Shown: piece by piece, positions 10,001-19,825 of the stretch
How positions within the stretch are numbered: position 1 is the stretch's first letter
How the letters are laid out: each line of letters begins with the position of its first letter
Assembly: GCA_947458955.1 (NCBI GenBank)
Contig: CANGZT010000001.1
Coordinates: forward strand, 32,700-96,699
Direction of reading: 5' to 3'
From: Flavobacteriia bacterium
GTDB lineage: Bacteria; Bacteroidota; Bacteroidia; Flavobacteriales_D; Crocinitomicaceae
DNA: 64,000 nt
Program-made: the position numbers and the translations under genes
Notes under the pieces: model-generated
The model's database searches: none
What the model saw: the letters and a program-made list of their open reading frames with translations, nothing else
What the model was told of the DNA's origin: nothing

Positions 10001-11292
10001 ACAAATTGATCAGGTGAACCTAAACATATGATACTATCGTATTCAAAATCTGTTATAGGTTTTTTTGGTATGTCTTTAATTATAAATGTTTTACTAACTA
10101 ATCCAACACACCCTCCAGCATTAAATGAAATTGTTAAAGTTTCATCATTTTCAGTTTGACTATCTGCAATTGGATTTATAAAAAGTTGTACTGAATCTTG
10201 ATTAGCAGGAATTATTATACTTCCAGGTAGATTTTGAAAGTCAGTACCATTAACAGCTTGTCCACCTAAAGTATATGATATCTTTGTCTCTTGTTGTGAT
10301 TTAATTGCAATTTTAAAAGTAAGTATCCCTTTAGAGCAATTTTCTACAATAGTTGAATCAGAGATAATAGTTAAATCATTTTTTTGTTCTCTAGACTCAG
10401 CTGTTATGATATTACTAAATAGACTATTTGCTAATAAAAAAACACCACTATCATAATTTTGATCACCAACGTCAGCTACAGCAATCTTCATATGGTAGGT
10501 TGCCCCACATTTCACGGCTGATTTCGCAACTAAAGGAATAGTAAATCCATCGAACGTGATCTGATTTGAAGCCGGTAAGTTAGGGAAATTAGGTACAAAA
10601 TATTTGGAATAGGTTTTCCAATTGGGATCAATATCATTACAAATAGTTTCGCTGTTACTTCCGGAAACTGTGCCTGAATTTATAGTATTTACACTAACAT
10701 TTGTACCTGTTGTACCAGGAACTATCGCCAAATTTTGATTTTTATAATCTGGTCCTCCTGATGGATCAGGCCCTGAAAGTAAAAATGCGAAAACATCGTT
10801 GAAACTACTGCAATTAAATTCTGGGTATTCCTCAGAAGCAAATACATATTTGAATTGAACTGAGTCTGACATAGGAATAAAGTCAAATTCCAAGATAGTT
10901 GCATCTGTTGTTTTTTTTCCTGTTTTATTTATTATTGAATCTAAATCTTTATCAGAAAGATTTGATCCTTGTGAACCTAAGTTTTGAGAAGTATTACTTC
11001 CCGCTGCATTTTGTGTATTTCCTGTAGATAATAATATTCCTCTCTCTAGGCCAAGATTATTACTGCCTAGAACATTTTTGTAGGAAAATTCTGCAATTCC
11101 AGTTAATTGATCTCCTTTAAAACTGATATTTGTAACATTTACTCCTGGTCCAATAAGTATATCTGAAACGAGTTGAGAAGGTGATTTGGAATTAATTATA
11201 TTTAATTGTGAATATGAATAAGAGTATGTAAAAATTACAAAAAATATGAAGTATGTTTTCAATAAAGTAAAATATTTGAAATTGTCTTTCAT
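7006..11292 (-). CDS. T9SS-secreted giant adhesin-like protein (choice-of-anchor-L-like N-domain, Calx-beta-like, 7 tandem Cys-containing Ig-like repeats, PKD, type B T9SS C-terminal domain)
   Basis: Signal peptide present. Calx-beta-like segment ISYTLGGQAVNGTDF...ENDETLTISF. PKD-like segment KYKWYFSDG...THTF. C-terminus is VPNTFTPNNDKLNEEF...FNRWGEVIF...GWKGTYGG...DGVYTWKIDF, the gliding-motility-associated (type B) sorting domain. Confidence 0.85.
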   Translation of the reverse strand: MKDNFKYFTLLKTYFIFFVIFTYSYSYSQLNIINSKSPSQLVSDILIGPGVNVTNISFKGDQLTGIAEFSYKNVLGSNNLGLERGILLSTGNTQNAAGSNTSQNLGSQGSNLSDKDLDSIINKTGKKTTDATILEFDFIPMSDSVQFKYVFASEEYPEFNCSSFNDVFAFLLSGPDPSGGPDYKNQNLAIVPGTTGTNVSVNTINSGTVSGSNSETICNDIDPNWKTYSKYFVPNFPNLPASNQITFDGFTIPLVAKSAVKCGATYHMKIAVADVGDQNYDSGVFLLANSLFSNIITAESREQKNDLTIISDSTIVENCSKGILTFKIAIKSQQETKISYTLGGQAVNGTDFQNLPGSIIIPANQDSVQLFINPIADSQTENDETLTISFNAGGCVGLVSKTFIIKDIPKKPITDFEYDSIICLGSPDQFVTRLNGFVKGGVFTSNSLDLNLNTSTGKITPNLSKPGNYEVTYKVNPQNNCEVEGQTTFKVEIKPIQEPITKFSYQTPVCQSNSSVTPNLIQNFTSGGIFYSKTNIDVDSTSGKINLGKSEPGKHLIYYQFNKNECFNSKIDSTEIEIIANPSPIPSFNYPSPICIFDNNPLPTLSNGFITGGLFKTDSLKLIFKNNLSGEIDLPNTPLGTYNIYYEVKNSQNCTVSTNNVFVTIIDKSIPKLTFSYDNLVCIGNGNMLPKLINGFTKGGKFSSNSDDLVIDSITGELKLNISKKGNYQIKYFLPKTNCNSELDTIVNVKIDSLIQKNTDFNYNSPVCITSTNPTPSGNFDLGGEFSAPQDVTISKTNGTINLKGTLPGTYEITYKIKASGCYAQSIGKTEIIIEGSNAPIVNFSYPRPICLNSKNTLPLLPTNFTKGGKFTTLETEISVDEVTGQLDLSKALGNKTYKIEYTILSSVCGGTGTGNTEILIADLRKPETDFNFTDSLYCVNTPNLKPNFSTNFETGGKFSSNSDLIKIDSITGEIDFLNSTEGIFKIKYKSIEKSCVAADSTTKSIRISKLPIILLSTNNPICIGDSLILKSTSYNNATYKWTGPNNFISNDSTPILTNITSNQKGLYKLIINKLNCIDSSEILVNVKDIEKIPISQVGPFCKNDTNLYKIQAFSKNGIWSDTTFLVDKNDSSIIYFRPSANSKDSIYLSYTTKTGCGGFGEIKIINNSLPITDFDLNSKEGCAPVNVKLLIPAINKLDSCIWYIDGEKMQIEKDSIVKFSKQGKFNVKVISFRDGCTSYLQKDTILKVYPYPIANFEANDTILSMFTPRLTLINKSENSTKYKWYFSDGVSSELTNPTHTFPLESNDYFVTLYASQRGFCEDSKTIHITIPTELTIYVPNTFTPNNDKLNEEFLPIISNAIDPTSYTFTVFNRWGEVIFISHDKSVGWKGTYGGMLCIDGVYTWKIDFIDNINLKKHNYVGHVTLIK
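8263..10065 (-). repeat. seven tandem ~83-aa coding repeats inside the adhesin
   Basis: Recurring pattern P(I/E)T.F.Y....C......P.L...F..GG.F.S......ID..TG.I.L.....G.Y.I.Y......C. across aa ~412-1010. Confidence 0.8.
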
Positions 11293-11336
11293 CTAATAAT
11301 TTTTATCCAAGACGTCTTATTTTGAATTGGGTTGTT

Positions 11337-12113
11337 TTAATCTAATTGAGTAATTAATTTTTCGAAAAAACCTTTTGATTTTGATAATCTAGATCCATAC
11401 CAAGAAAATAGTGCACCGTCAACCAATACTATTTTTGAATTTTGGAAACAGAATTGTAAATCTATCATATCATTTTCTGTAAAAGGATATGGCTCAGAGC
11501 TTAAGAAAACATAATCTACTTTTTTATGTTTTTCCAAATTTACTACTGGATATCTATTTTCTATAATACAATTCTTTAATCCTATCTGAGATAAAATATG
11601 ATGAATAAAAGTGTCTTTCCCAACTGACATGAATGGTTTTTTCCAAATTAAATATAAAACTTCTTTTTCTTTAATTTTTGAAAAATTAAGATTATTGAAA
11701 GTAGTTTTTGTTTTGGTTATAATTTTATCAGCTTCAAAATTTTTATTAAATATATTTCCTAACTGACTAATTAGTTCGAAATTATCATCTAACGTTTTAA
11801 CATTTGAAATCCAAACTTTAGAGAATTTCATGAGTTCTAAAATTTCATTTTCAATATTTTCTTCTTTATTGGCAATAATAAAATCAGGTTTTAGTTCTTT
11901 GATTTTGTCTATGTGAATATTTTTAGTTCCACCAATAATTTTACATTGAGTTTTTAGATGTATAGGTTCTGTACAAAATTTTGTTATTCCAACGATATAT
12001 TTTTCTAATCCTAAATCAACAAGTAATTCACTAATTGATGGTACCAAAGAAACAATCCTCTTAGGTGGAGAACTTAAGAGGATTGTATTATTCATTTGAT
12101 CAATAAATTTCAT
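11337..12113 (-). CDS. periplasmic-binding-protein-fold (BtuF/TroA-like, helical backbone metal receptor) protein
   Basis: RIVSLVPSISELLVDLGL...IVGITKFC and DFIIANKEEN motifs typical of the Peripla_BP_2 family. No signal peptide. Confidence 0.6.
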   Translation of the reverse strand: MKFIDQMNNTILLSSPPKRIVSLVPSISELLVDLGLEKYIVGITKFCTEPIHLKTQCKIIGGTKNIHIDKIKELKPDFIIANKEENIENEILELMKFSKVWISNVKTLDDNFELISQLGNIFNKNFEADKIITKTKTTFNNLNFSKIKEKEVLYLIWKKPFMSVGKDTFIHHILSQIGLKNCIIENRYPVVNLEKHKKVDYVFLSSEPYPFTENDMIDLQFCFQNSKIVLVDGALFSWYGSRLSKSKGFFEKLITQLD

Positions 12114-12117
12114 TCAT

Positions 12118-13479
12118 TTATGCAAAAGAATTTATGATATCTTGTCTAGTTATTATATGATGTTTCCCGTTTTTTTGACTTACAAGAACAGCAGGTGTTT
12201 CTTTATCAATTAATTTAGATATATCTTCTATCGTAGTTTGTTCGGATACAACTGGGAATGGTTTTTGCATAATTGATGAAATAGGCGCATTGATTTTATC
12301 TGGATTATCTATTAAAAACTGATAAGTATGAGTGTCATTTAATGAACCAACGTAATGATCATCCTTTAATACAGGAATTTGTGAAATTGAATATTTTCTC
12401 ATTTTAGCTACTGCATGTGAAATCAATTCCTCAGCATAAACCGAAATAAGAGGTTCATCCTTGTGAGAAGCAATTAAATCTAAAGCAACTTTTCGCTCCT
12501 CTTCAAGAAATCCTCTTTCGCGCATCCATTCGTCATTAAATATTTTACCAACGTATCTACTGCCATGGTCATGAAAAAGAACAACAACTACATCTTCTGC
12601 TTTTAATTCATTTTTTAACTGTAATACCCCTTTAATAGCTGCACCTGCTGAATTCCCAACAAATATTCCTTCTTCTCGTGCAAGTCTTCTTGTATAAATA
12701 GCAGCATCTTTATCAGTTACTTTTTCAAATTTATCAATAACTGAAAAATCAACATTTGCAGGTAGTATATCCTCACCTATTCCTTCTGTTATGTATGGAT
12801 AAATTTCGTTTTTATCAAAAACACCAGTCTCGTGATACTTTTTGAAAACAGATCCATAAGTATCTATACCCCAAATTTTGATATTTGGATTTTTTTCTTT
12901 TAAATATTTACCAATTCCAGAAATGGTTCCACCTGTTCCAACTCCTACTACAAAGTGAGTGATTTTACCATCTGTTTGTTCCCAAATCTCTGGACCTGTT
13001 TGTTCATAATGAGCTTGTCTGTTTGAAAGGTTATCATATTGATTCACATACCATGAATTTGGAATTTCTTGAGCTAGTCTTTTTGAAACCGAATAGTAAG
13101 ATCGTGGGTCCTCTGGTTCTACAGCAGTTGGACATACCACTACTTCAGCACCTACCGCTCTTAAAATATCCATTTTCTCCTTAGATTGTTTATCATTAAG
13201 AACACAAATTAGTTTATAACCTTTGATGATACAAGCTAGAGCTAAACCCATACCCGTATTTCCAGAAGTTCCTTCAATAACAGTTCCACCTGGTTTTAAT
13301 AACCCATTTTTTTCGGCATCTTCTATCATTTTAAGAGCCATGCGATCTTTAACAGAATTTCCAGGGTTTGTTGTTTCAACTTTAGCAAGAACTAGCGCAT
13401 CAATTTCTTCTGCTAATTTATTTATTTTAACAAGTGGTGTATTGCCAATTGTGTCAAGTATATTATTGAAAATTTTCAT
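12118..13479 (-). CDS. cystathionine beta-synthase-like PLP enzyme with C-terminal CBS pair
   Basis: CysK/CBS fold motifs: TNPGNSVKDR with the PLP lysine, GTSGNTGMGLA and GVGTGGTISG. A C-terminal ~120-aa CBS-domain pair follows. Confidence 0.8.
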   Translation of the reverse strand: MKIFNNILDTIGNTPLVKINKLAEEIDALVLAKVETTNPGNSVKDRMALKMIEDAEKNGLLKPGGTVIEGTSGNTGMGLALACIIKGYKLICVLNDKQSKEKMDILRAVGAEVVVCPTAVEPEDPRSYYSVSKRLAQEIPNSWYVNQYDNLSNRQAHYEQTGPEIWEQTDGKITHFVVGVGTGGTISGIGKYLKEKNPNIKIWGIDTYGSVFKKYHETGVFDKNEIYPYITEGIGEDILPANVDFSVIDKFEKVTDKDAAIYTRRLAREEGIFVGNSAGAAIKGVLQLKNELKAEDVVVVLFHDHGSRYVGKIFNDEWMRERGFLEEERKVALDLIASHKDEPLISVYAEELISHAVAKMRKYSISQIPVLKDDHYVGSLNDTHTYQFLIDNPDKINAPISSIMQKPFPVVSEQTTIEDISKLIDKETPAVLVSQKNGKHHIITRQDIINSFA

Positions 13480-13483
13480 TTAA

Positions 13484-14254
13484 TTAATTTTTATATGCAA
13501 TGTAAAGAATTTCATTTTTCATCAATCTATATCTTTCGAATTGATCTGAATCTAATTTTTTTTCTGGGTTATATTCTACAACATTAAAACCAACAGATCT
13601 TAACCAATCAGGATAATCTAAGCCAAATAATCGTACATGATCGTATTGCCAAAAATGTTTTTCTCGCTCTTCTGGAGTGACAATATTTGGATCTTCATAG
13701 GTAGTATCTCTAGAAAAGTCTTGTGGTACTTGAAAAATACCAAAACCACCGGGCTTCATAACTCGAAAAAGTTCACTCATACATTTTTTTGCATCTTCAA
13801 CATGTTCAAGTACATGATTACAGAAAATCACATCAAACTTATTGTCTTCTAGTGGTATGTTGTGTAAATCAAAATGCAAATCAGCAAGCGGAGATTCTAA
13901 ATCACCCGTTAAATAATTTAAGTTTTTTTGGTTTCTGAAAAGTTTATAAAAGCATTGTTCAGGAGCAATATGTAATACATCAATTTCAGGACGAATAAAA
14001 AAATCTGATTCGTTTTTTAGATAATACCACATAAGTCTGTGTCTTTCAAGCGTCAAATCGTAAGGGCATAACACATTTTCACGCTGAGTAACATAACCAT
14101 AGGGTAGAAATTTACTAAAATGTTTTTCACATACAGGACATTCTACTTTATTTCCTTTATACAATAAAGGAGTAAAAATCCGAAAAATATAACTTAACCT
14201 AATTAATAAAGGTCTAGGAATGTATTTCAATAAAAGTTTAATAATTTTCTTCAT
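13484..14254 (-). CDS. class I SAM-dependent methyltransferase
   Basis: VLHIAPE..., DVIFCNHVLEHVED and LFRVMKPGGFGIF motifs. Confidence 0.75.
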   Translation of the reverse strand: MKKIIKLLLKYIPRPLLIRLSYIFRIFTPLLYKGNKVECPVCEKHFSKFLPYGYVTQRENVLCPYDLTLERHRLMWYYLKNESDFFIRPEIDVLHIAPEQCFYKLFRNQKNLNYLTGDLESPLADLHFDLHNIPLEDNKFDVIFCNHVLEHVEDAKKCMSELFRVMKPGGFGIFQVPQDFSRDTTYEDPNIVTPEEREKHFWQYDHVRLFGLDYPDWLRSVGFNVVEYNPEKKLDSDQFERYRLMKNEILYIAYKN

Positions 14255-14258
14255 TTTA

Positions 14259-16049
14259 TTAATTTACAGTTCGTAACCAATATGAAATTAAATTTGTTTT
14301 TTCAGATGAAAAGTCAGTTGATAATTTGTAAATAGGTTGTTCATAGATACCGTTCTCACAATTGATTTCAAATAGTATTCCATCTCTAGAAACCAAAATA
14401 GTAAACTTATCATTCTGTTTAAAAGCATTAATAGCTTCGTCTATATTATCAGAATAAACTCTATAACCATTAATACCAATAATCTCATCATTCACATTAA
14501 TTCCAGCATCTTCAGCTTTTGAATTAACTCTTACATATTTCACTTTTGGGTACTCTGAAGACTTATCAAAACTAGCACCAAAAGAATTTTTTTTATTTAA
14601 TGTAAGCTCTACTTTTATTCCGATATTTTCAAAAATTGATTTATAATCAGGTACTTTTGTATCATAAACATGATCGTTTAGAAAGATAGACATATCTTCT
14701 TTTAGAAAACTACTTAACGTTTCTTCAAATTCTTTCTCTGTAAATCCTCTATTTTCTTTTAAATAAAATTTTCTATACAGAATTCGCATAAAATCATCTA
14801 ATGATCTTTCTCCATTGTATTTTGCAATAATTTTTAAATCAATTAATGCTGCAAGTATATGACCATTTGAATAATAAGACATAGTAGTATTTGCTGAGTT
14901 TTCGTTCGGTCTATAACCTTTAATCCATGCGTCAAAACTTGCGTGCGCTACTGGTTGAACTTTTCTTCCTTCACTTGCTTCTAAATAATTTAGTGTACCA
15001 TTAAATTTTTGTAAATATTCTTGCTCGCTTATATAACCTGCTCTTCTTAATATTAATTCGTCATAATAACTGGTAAACCCTTCCATGACCCATAACAATG
15101 AAGTATAATTTTCTTGATCGTAATTAAACGGACCTAATTCAATGGGTCTTATTCTTTTAACATTCCATAAATGGAAATATTCATGAGCTACCAAGGATAA
15201 AAAATCATTATATTCTTTTCCTGTATATCCCCAACGACTTACACTTAAAGTGGTTGAATTTGCATGTTCAAGTCCACCTTGACCATCGTTTACATTGTGT
15301 ATTATAAACGTATATTTTTTATTCGGATTGACACCAATGATTTTACTTGTAGTTTCAACGATTTTTTTCATATCGCTTTGAAGTTTAGAAATTTCATAGT
15401 TTCCAACACCATATAAGGCTACCGTATGTTTACAACCAGCAGCATCAAATTCAAAAACTTCCTGATTTCCAATTTCAATTGGACTGTCAATTAGCTCATC
15501 ATAATTTTTGTATTGATATGTTTTAGCTCCCTCATAACGAATTGAATCTGAGGCTTTTTTTAAAGATGTAGTGATAGTGTTAAAATCCTCATGAGGATAG
15601 ATATCTACTTTTCCTTTTGATTCGGTAGCGCCTTCAACAAACATGAAAATTGAAGATCCATTTATGAAACCATGCGTAGCATCTAGAAAACTAGTTCTAA
15701 CTGACAATTCAAATGCATATACTTCGTACTTTATTCTAATTTGCTTAGCACCATTTCGCTTGATTACCCAAGTATTTTTTAGGGTTTTGTTTATCTCTAA
15801 TTTATTAGCGTTTTCATCGTAAGCCCTAACGAGATTTATATTTTTAGAAAATTCTCTAATCATGTAAGATCCTGGTGACCAAACGGGCATTTTAATGGTG
15901 ATATTTTTACCAGAAAGTTCATCAAGAGTCATCATAACTTCAAAATAATGATTTTGAGGTTTGGACATTTTTAAAGAATAATCAACAGTAATGGCTTGGG
16001 ATTTATACCCTATGCAAAGTATTGATAATAAAAGAAATATTTTTTTCAT
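14259..16049 (-). CDS. M61-family glycyl aminopeptidase with C-terminal PDZ domain
   Basis: Signal peptide, HEYFHLWNVKRIRP zinc motif and a PDZ-like tail (AGINVNDEIIGINGYRV). Confidence 0.8.
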   Translation of the reverse strand: MKKIFLLLSILCIGYKSQAITVDYSLKMSKPQNHYFEVMMTLDELSGKNITIKMPVWSPGSYMIREFSKNINLVRAYDENANKLEINKTLKNTWVIKRNGAKQIRIKYEVYAFELSVRTSFLDATHGFINGSSIFMFVEGATESKGKVDIYPHEDFNTITTSLKKASDSIRYEGAKTYQYKNYDELIDSPIEIGNQEVFEFDAAGCKHTVALYGVGNYEISKLQSDMKKIVETTSKIIGVNPNKKYTFIIHNVNDGQGGLEHANSTTLSVSRWGYTGKEYNDFLSLVAHEYFHLWNVKRIRPIELGPFNYDQENYTSLLWVMEGFTSYYDELILRRAGYISEQEYLQKFNGTLNYLEASEGRKVQPVAHASFDAWIKGYRPNENSANTTMSYYSNGHILAALIDLKIIAKYNGERSLDDFMRILYRKFYLKENRGFTEKEFEETLSSFLKEDMSIFLNDHVYDTKVPDYKSIFENIGIKVELTLNKKNSFGASFDKSSEYPKVKYVRVNSKAEDAGINVNDEIIGINGYRVYSDNIDEAINAFKQNDKFTILVSRDGILFEINCENGIYEQPIYKLSTDFSSEKTNLISYWLRTVN

Positions 16050-16063
16050 TTAAAAAAAATTAA

Positions 16064-18694
16064 TTATACAAAACTTGTAAGTTTATCTTCAAGTATTGCA
16101 ATTTTTTGAATCGCATCTGCTTCTTTTTTTCTTTCATTTGCAACCACTGCCTCAGGAGCACCAGAAACAAATTTTTCATTGGTTAATTTTCCTTGAACCA
16201 TTTTTAAAAAACCTCTGGTATAATCTAACTCTTCTTCTATTTTTTTTCTTTCTGCATCTAAATCAACAGTGTCTCCGAAAGGAATATAAAATTCATTTGA
16301 TTTAACTAAGAATGAGTTAGCATTAGTAATTTTTTCAGTAACATATTCAAGTTGAGATAAATTGCCCATTTTAACAACAACAGAATCAAAACTAGTATCT
16401 AAATCTTCATTTTTTTTCACAAAAAGATCCATTTTTACTTTATTAGCAATATTATTTTCTTTTCTAACATTTCTAATATTTGTAATAATTTCTTCTGCTT
16501 GTAAAAAGTTTTTTAATACTGTCTCATCATAATTTTCAATTGATGGCCAATCTGAAATAACTAAATCTTCTCCGTTTACTCTTTCAGAGATTAAATGCCA
16601 TAATTCCTCGGCAATAAATGGAGTAAAAGGTTGAATTAATTTCAATATTTTTTCGAAGAAATTAATAGTAGCTTTATAAGTTTCATTATCAATTGGTTGT
16701 TCATAACCTGGTTTAATAATTTCCAAATACCAAGAACAGAAATCGTCCCATACTAATTTGTAAGTAGCCATCAAAGCTTCAGAAATTTTGAATTTGTCAA
16801 ATAATTCATTGATTTCTGATAATTGTTGATTGAATTTTGCATGAAACCACTCAATACCTTTTGAAGATGAATTAGGTTGTTCAATATTTTTCACTTCCCA
16901 TGAAGTAACTAATCTGAATGCGTTCCAAATTTTATTAGCAAAATTCCTACCTTGTTCACATTGACTTGTATCAAAAGGTAAGTCGTTTCCAGCTGGGGAA
17001 GAAATAAGAATCCCTACTCTAACACCATCCGCCCCATATTTATCAATCAAATCTAATGGATCAGGAGAATTTCCAAGAGATTTTGACATTTTTCTACCTA
17101 ATTTATCACGAACTATTCCTGTATAATATACATTTTTGAAAGGAAGTTCACCCATATATTCGTAACCCGCGATAATCATTCTAGCAACCCAGAAAAACAT
17201 AATTTCAGGAGCTGTAACTAAATCATTTGTAGGATAATAATATTTTATCTCTTCATTTCCAGGTTGTGTAATTCCGTTAAAAACAGAAATAGGCCATAAC
17301 CAACTTGAAAACCAAGTGTCTAATACATCTTCATCTTGTTTCAAATCAGAAGCTTGAATTGATTTTCCAGATTTTTCCGAAGCAGCTAACGTAGCTTCAT
17401 CTAAAGTTTTTGCAACAACAAAATCATCTGAACCTTGTCCATAATACCAAGCAGGAATTCTGTGTCCCCACCATAATTGACGAGATATACACCAGTCTTT
17501 AACGTTTTCCAACCAGTGTTTGTAAGTGTTTTTAAATTTATCAGGGTGGAAAGCAATGTTTCCGTTCATTACATTTTCAAGTGCTGGCTCTGAAAGTTCT
17601 TTCATTGATACGAACCATTGTAATGATAATTTTGGTTCAATGACAGCATCTGTTCTTTCAGAAAAACCAACTTTATTGATATGATCTTCAGTTTTAACTA
17701 AATACCCTTTTTCGTCTAATTCTTTTGAAATTTCTTTACGAACATCAAAACGATCTTTTCCTTCATAATGCAACCCATTTTGATTTAATTTACCATTATC
17801 GTTGAAAATATCTATCGTTTCTAAATTGTGTTTTTTTCCTAGTTCATAGTCATTTATATCATGTGCAGGAGTAACCTTTAAACAACCTGTACCAAACTCC
17901 ATATCAACATATTCGTCAGCAATAACTGGAATTCTACGATTAGTTAAAGGAACGATTACTTCTTTCCCATGTAATGAAGTGTATCGTTCATCATTAGGGT
18001 TGACACAAATAGCAGAATCACCTAATATTGTTTCAGGTCTTGTTGTAGCAATTGTGATCCATTGGTCGTCAGTGTCTGCAACTTTGTATCTAACATGATA
18101 AAGTTTAGAGTTAACTTCTTTGTAGATTACTTCTTCATCAGACAGTGCAGTAGTTGCTTCAGGATCCCAATTCACCATTCTTACACCGCGGTAAATTTTT
18201 CCTTTTTTGTGTAAATCAATAAATGTATCTATTACTGAATCAGAATATTCTGGATCCATAGTAAATGATGTTCTTTCCCAATCACATGATGCACCTAATT
18301 TTTTTAACTGATCTAAAATGATACCACCATGTTTATCTTTCCATTCCATGGCATGTACCATGAATTCATCACGTGTTAAGTCTGATTTTTTAATTCCTTC
18401 TTTTCTAAGTTTTTGAACCACTTTAGCTTCAGTTGCTATTGAAGCATGATCCGTACCTGGAACCCAGCAAACGTTTTTTCCTAACATACGAGCTCTTCTA
18501 ACAAGGACATCTTGAATAGTATTGTTCAACATGTGTCCCATGTGCAATACACCTGTAACATTCGGTGGGGGGATAACAACTGTGTAAGCTTCCCTCTCAT
18601 CTGGTGTTGAATGAAAATAACCTTTTTCTAACCAATAAGGATACCATTTTTGTTCCGCTTTAGATGCTTCGTACGTTTTAGGAATTTCAATCAT
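16064..18694 (-). CDS. valS: valine--tRNA ligase
   Basis: Class I HIGH ([11 protein letters not shown]) and KMSKS motifs and a C-terminal coiled coil. The start is set at MIEIPKTYE (ATG 18694) rather than the track start at 18730. Confidence 0.95.
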   Translation of the reverse strand: MIEIPKTYEASKAEQKWYPYWLEKGYFHSTPDEREAYTVVIPPPNVTGVLHMGHMLNNTIQDVLVRRARMLGKNVCWVPGTDHASIATEAKVVQKLRKEGIKKSDLTRDEFMVHAMEWKDKHGGIILDQLKKLGASCDWERTSFTMDPEYSDSVIDTFIDLHKKGKIYRGVRMVNWDPEATTALSDEEVIYKEVNSKLYHVRYKVADTDDQWITIATTRPETILGDSAICVNPNDERYTSLHGKEVIVPLTNRRIPVIADEYVDMEFGTGCLKVTPAHDINDYELGKKHNLETIDIFNDNGKLNQNGLHYEGKDRFDVRKEISKELDEKGYLVKTEDHINKVGFSERTDAVIEPKLSLQWFVSMKELSEPALENVMNGNIAFHPDKFKNTYKHWLENVKDWCISRQLWWGHRIPAWYYGQGSDDFVVAKTLDEATLAASEKSGKSIQASDLKQDEDVLDTWFSSWLWPISVFNGITQPGNEEIKYYYPTNDLVTAPEIMFFWVARMIIAGYEYMGELPFKNVYYTGIVRDKLGRKMSKSLGNSPDPLDLIDKYGADGVRVGILISSPAGNDLPFDTSQCEQGRNFANKIWNAFRLVTSWEVKNIEQPNSSSKGIEWFHAKFNQQLSEINELFDKFKISEALMATYKLVWDDFCSWYLEIIKPGYEQPIDNETYKATINFFEKILKLIQPFTPFIAEELWHLISERVNGEDLVISDWPSIENYDETVLKNFLQAEEIITNIRNVRKENNIANKVKMDLFVKKNEDLDTSFDSVVVKMGNLSQLEYVTEKITNANSFLVKSNEFYIPFGDTVDLDAERKKIEEELDYTRGFLKMVQGKLTNEKFVSGAPEAVVANERKKEADAIQKIAILEDKLTSFV

Positions 18695-18880
18695 TTTATT
18701 CGAATTTAGACAAAGATAATTATTTATCATAAGAAATAAATAGTATGAAATGTGTTTTAACTTTGACTTGAATGATTAAAATAGAAATCAACAATTCGTT
18801 TTGAATTATTTTACAGATATTAGTTGTGAATCACGTAACAAAATTCTACTTTTGACTCGTTTTTAAATAATATCCGCAAA

Positions 18881-19759
18881 ATGGCTGTATTGGTAAATAA
18901 AAATTCTAGAGTAATAGTTCAAGGATTTACTGGAGGTGAAGGAACATTTCATGCTTCACAAATGATTGAATACGGAACAAACGTAGTTGGTGGTGTAACT
19001 CCAGGGAAAGGAGGATCTACACATTTAGATAGACCTGTATTTAATACGGTATCTGATGCTGTTGAAGCTACTAAAGCTGATGTTTCTATCATATTTGTTC
19101 CACCAGCGTTTGCTGCGGATGCAATAATGGAAGCTGCAAATGCAGGCATCAAAGTAATCGTTTGTATTACTGAAGGTATTCCTGTTAATGATATGGTTAA
19201 GGCAAAAGAATTTATTAAAGGATTTGATTGTCGTTTGATCGGACCTAACTGCCCAGGTGTTATTACTGCTGGTGAAGCGAAAGTAGGAATCATGCCAGGT
19301 TTTGTTTTCAAAAAAGGAAAAATTGGTATTGTTTCTAAATCTGGAACATTAACTTATGAAGCGGCTGATCAAGTTGCTAAAGCTGGATTAGGTATTACTA
19401 CGGCTATCGGTATTGGTGGTGACCCAATTATTGGAACTACTACTAAAGAAGCTGTTGAATTATTAATGAATGACCCTGAAACAGAGGGTATCATTATGAT
19501 TGGTGAAATTGGTGGTAACTTAGAAGCTATTGCTGCTCGTTGGGTAAAAGAAAACGGTACTAAACCAGTTGTTGGTTTTATCGCTGGTGAAACTGCTCCT
19601 GCTGGAAGAACAATGGGACATGCTGGTGCTATAGTTGGAGGACACGATGATACAGCTGAGGCTAAAAAACGTATTATGAGAGAGTGTGGAATTCACGTAG
19701 TTGATTCACCGGCTGAAATAGGTAAAAAGATGGCTGAAGTAATGGGTGTATTAGCTTAA
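18881..19759 (+). CDS. sucD: succinate--CoA ligase subunit alpha
   Basis: [23 protein letters not shown] and GHAGAI (phosphohistidine loop) motifs. Confidence 0.95.
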   Translation: MAVLVNKNSRVIVQGFTGGEGTFHASQMIEYGTNVVGGVTPGKGGSTHLDRPVFNTVSDAVEATKADVSIIFVPPAFAADAIMEAANAGIKVIVCITEGIPVNDMVKAKEFIKGFDCRLIGPNCPGVITAGEAKVGIMPGFVFKKGKIGIVSKSGTLTYEAADQVAKAGLGITTAIGIGGDPIIGTTTKEAVELLMNDPETEGIIMIGEIGGNLEAIAARWVKENGTKPVVGFIAGETAPAGRTMGHAGAIVGGHDDTAEAKKRIMRECGIHVVDSPAEIGKKMAEVMGVLA

Positions 19760-19778
19760 TTATTTCATTATTATATTT

Positions 19779-19807
19779 AAAGCTGCTTACGAGCAGCTTT
19801 TTTTTTG
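19779..19807 (+). terminator. rho-independent terminator after sucD
   Basis: AGCTGCT-TACG-AGCAGCT hairpin (19781-19798) followed by a T-run. Confidence 0.8.
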
Positions 19808-19825
19808 AATTAAACTAAATAAAAT

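Noticed and set aside
8263-10065. Periodic ~250-nt repetition that could be mistaken for a tandem DNA repeat or an array.
   Set aside because: It lies in frame inside the 1428-aa ORF and is diverged at the nucleotide level. It encodes protein domain repeats and is not a non-coding repeat locus.
7580-10904. Short ORFs overlapping the adhesin gene, antisense or in other frames of the same strand (7580-7843, 8222-8482, 8606-8821, 9432-9668, 10722-10904).
   Set aside because: All are embedded in a long ORF with clear domain architecture. They are low-complexity products of AT-rich DNA with no start context or motif.
18695-18730. A 12-codon N-terminal extension of valS ([12 protein letters not shown]) in the ORF track.
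   Set aside because: ValRS proteins begin close to the ...IPKTYE.../KWY motif, so the internal ATG at 18694 is the better start.
18949-19311. 120-aa antisense ORF inside sucD, with similar cases inside the CBS gene (13223-13483), uvrA (37031-37291), mnmA (3735-3923, 4478-4765) and dcp (21655-21867).
   Set aside because: The host genes are highly recognisable housekeeping genes. The antisense ORFs are Ala/Pro/Ser-rich or low-complexity mirror frames.
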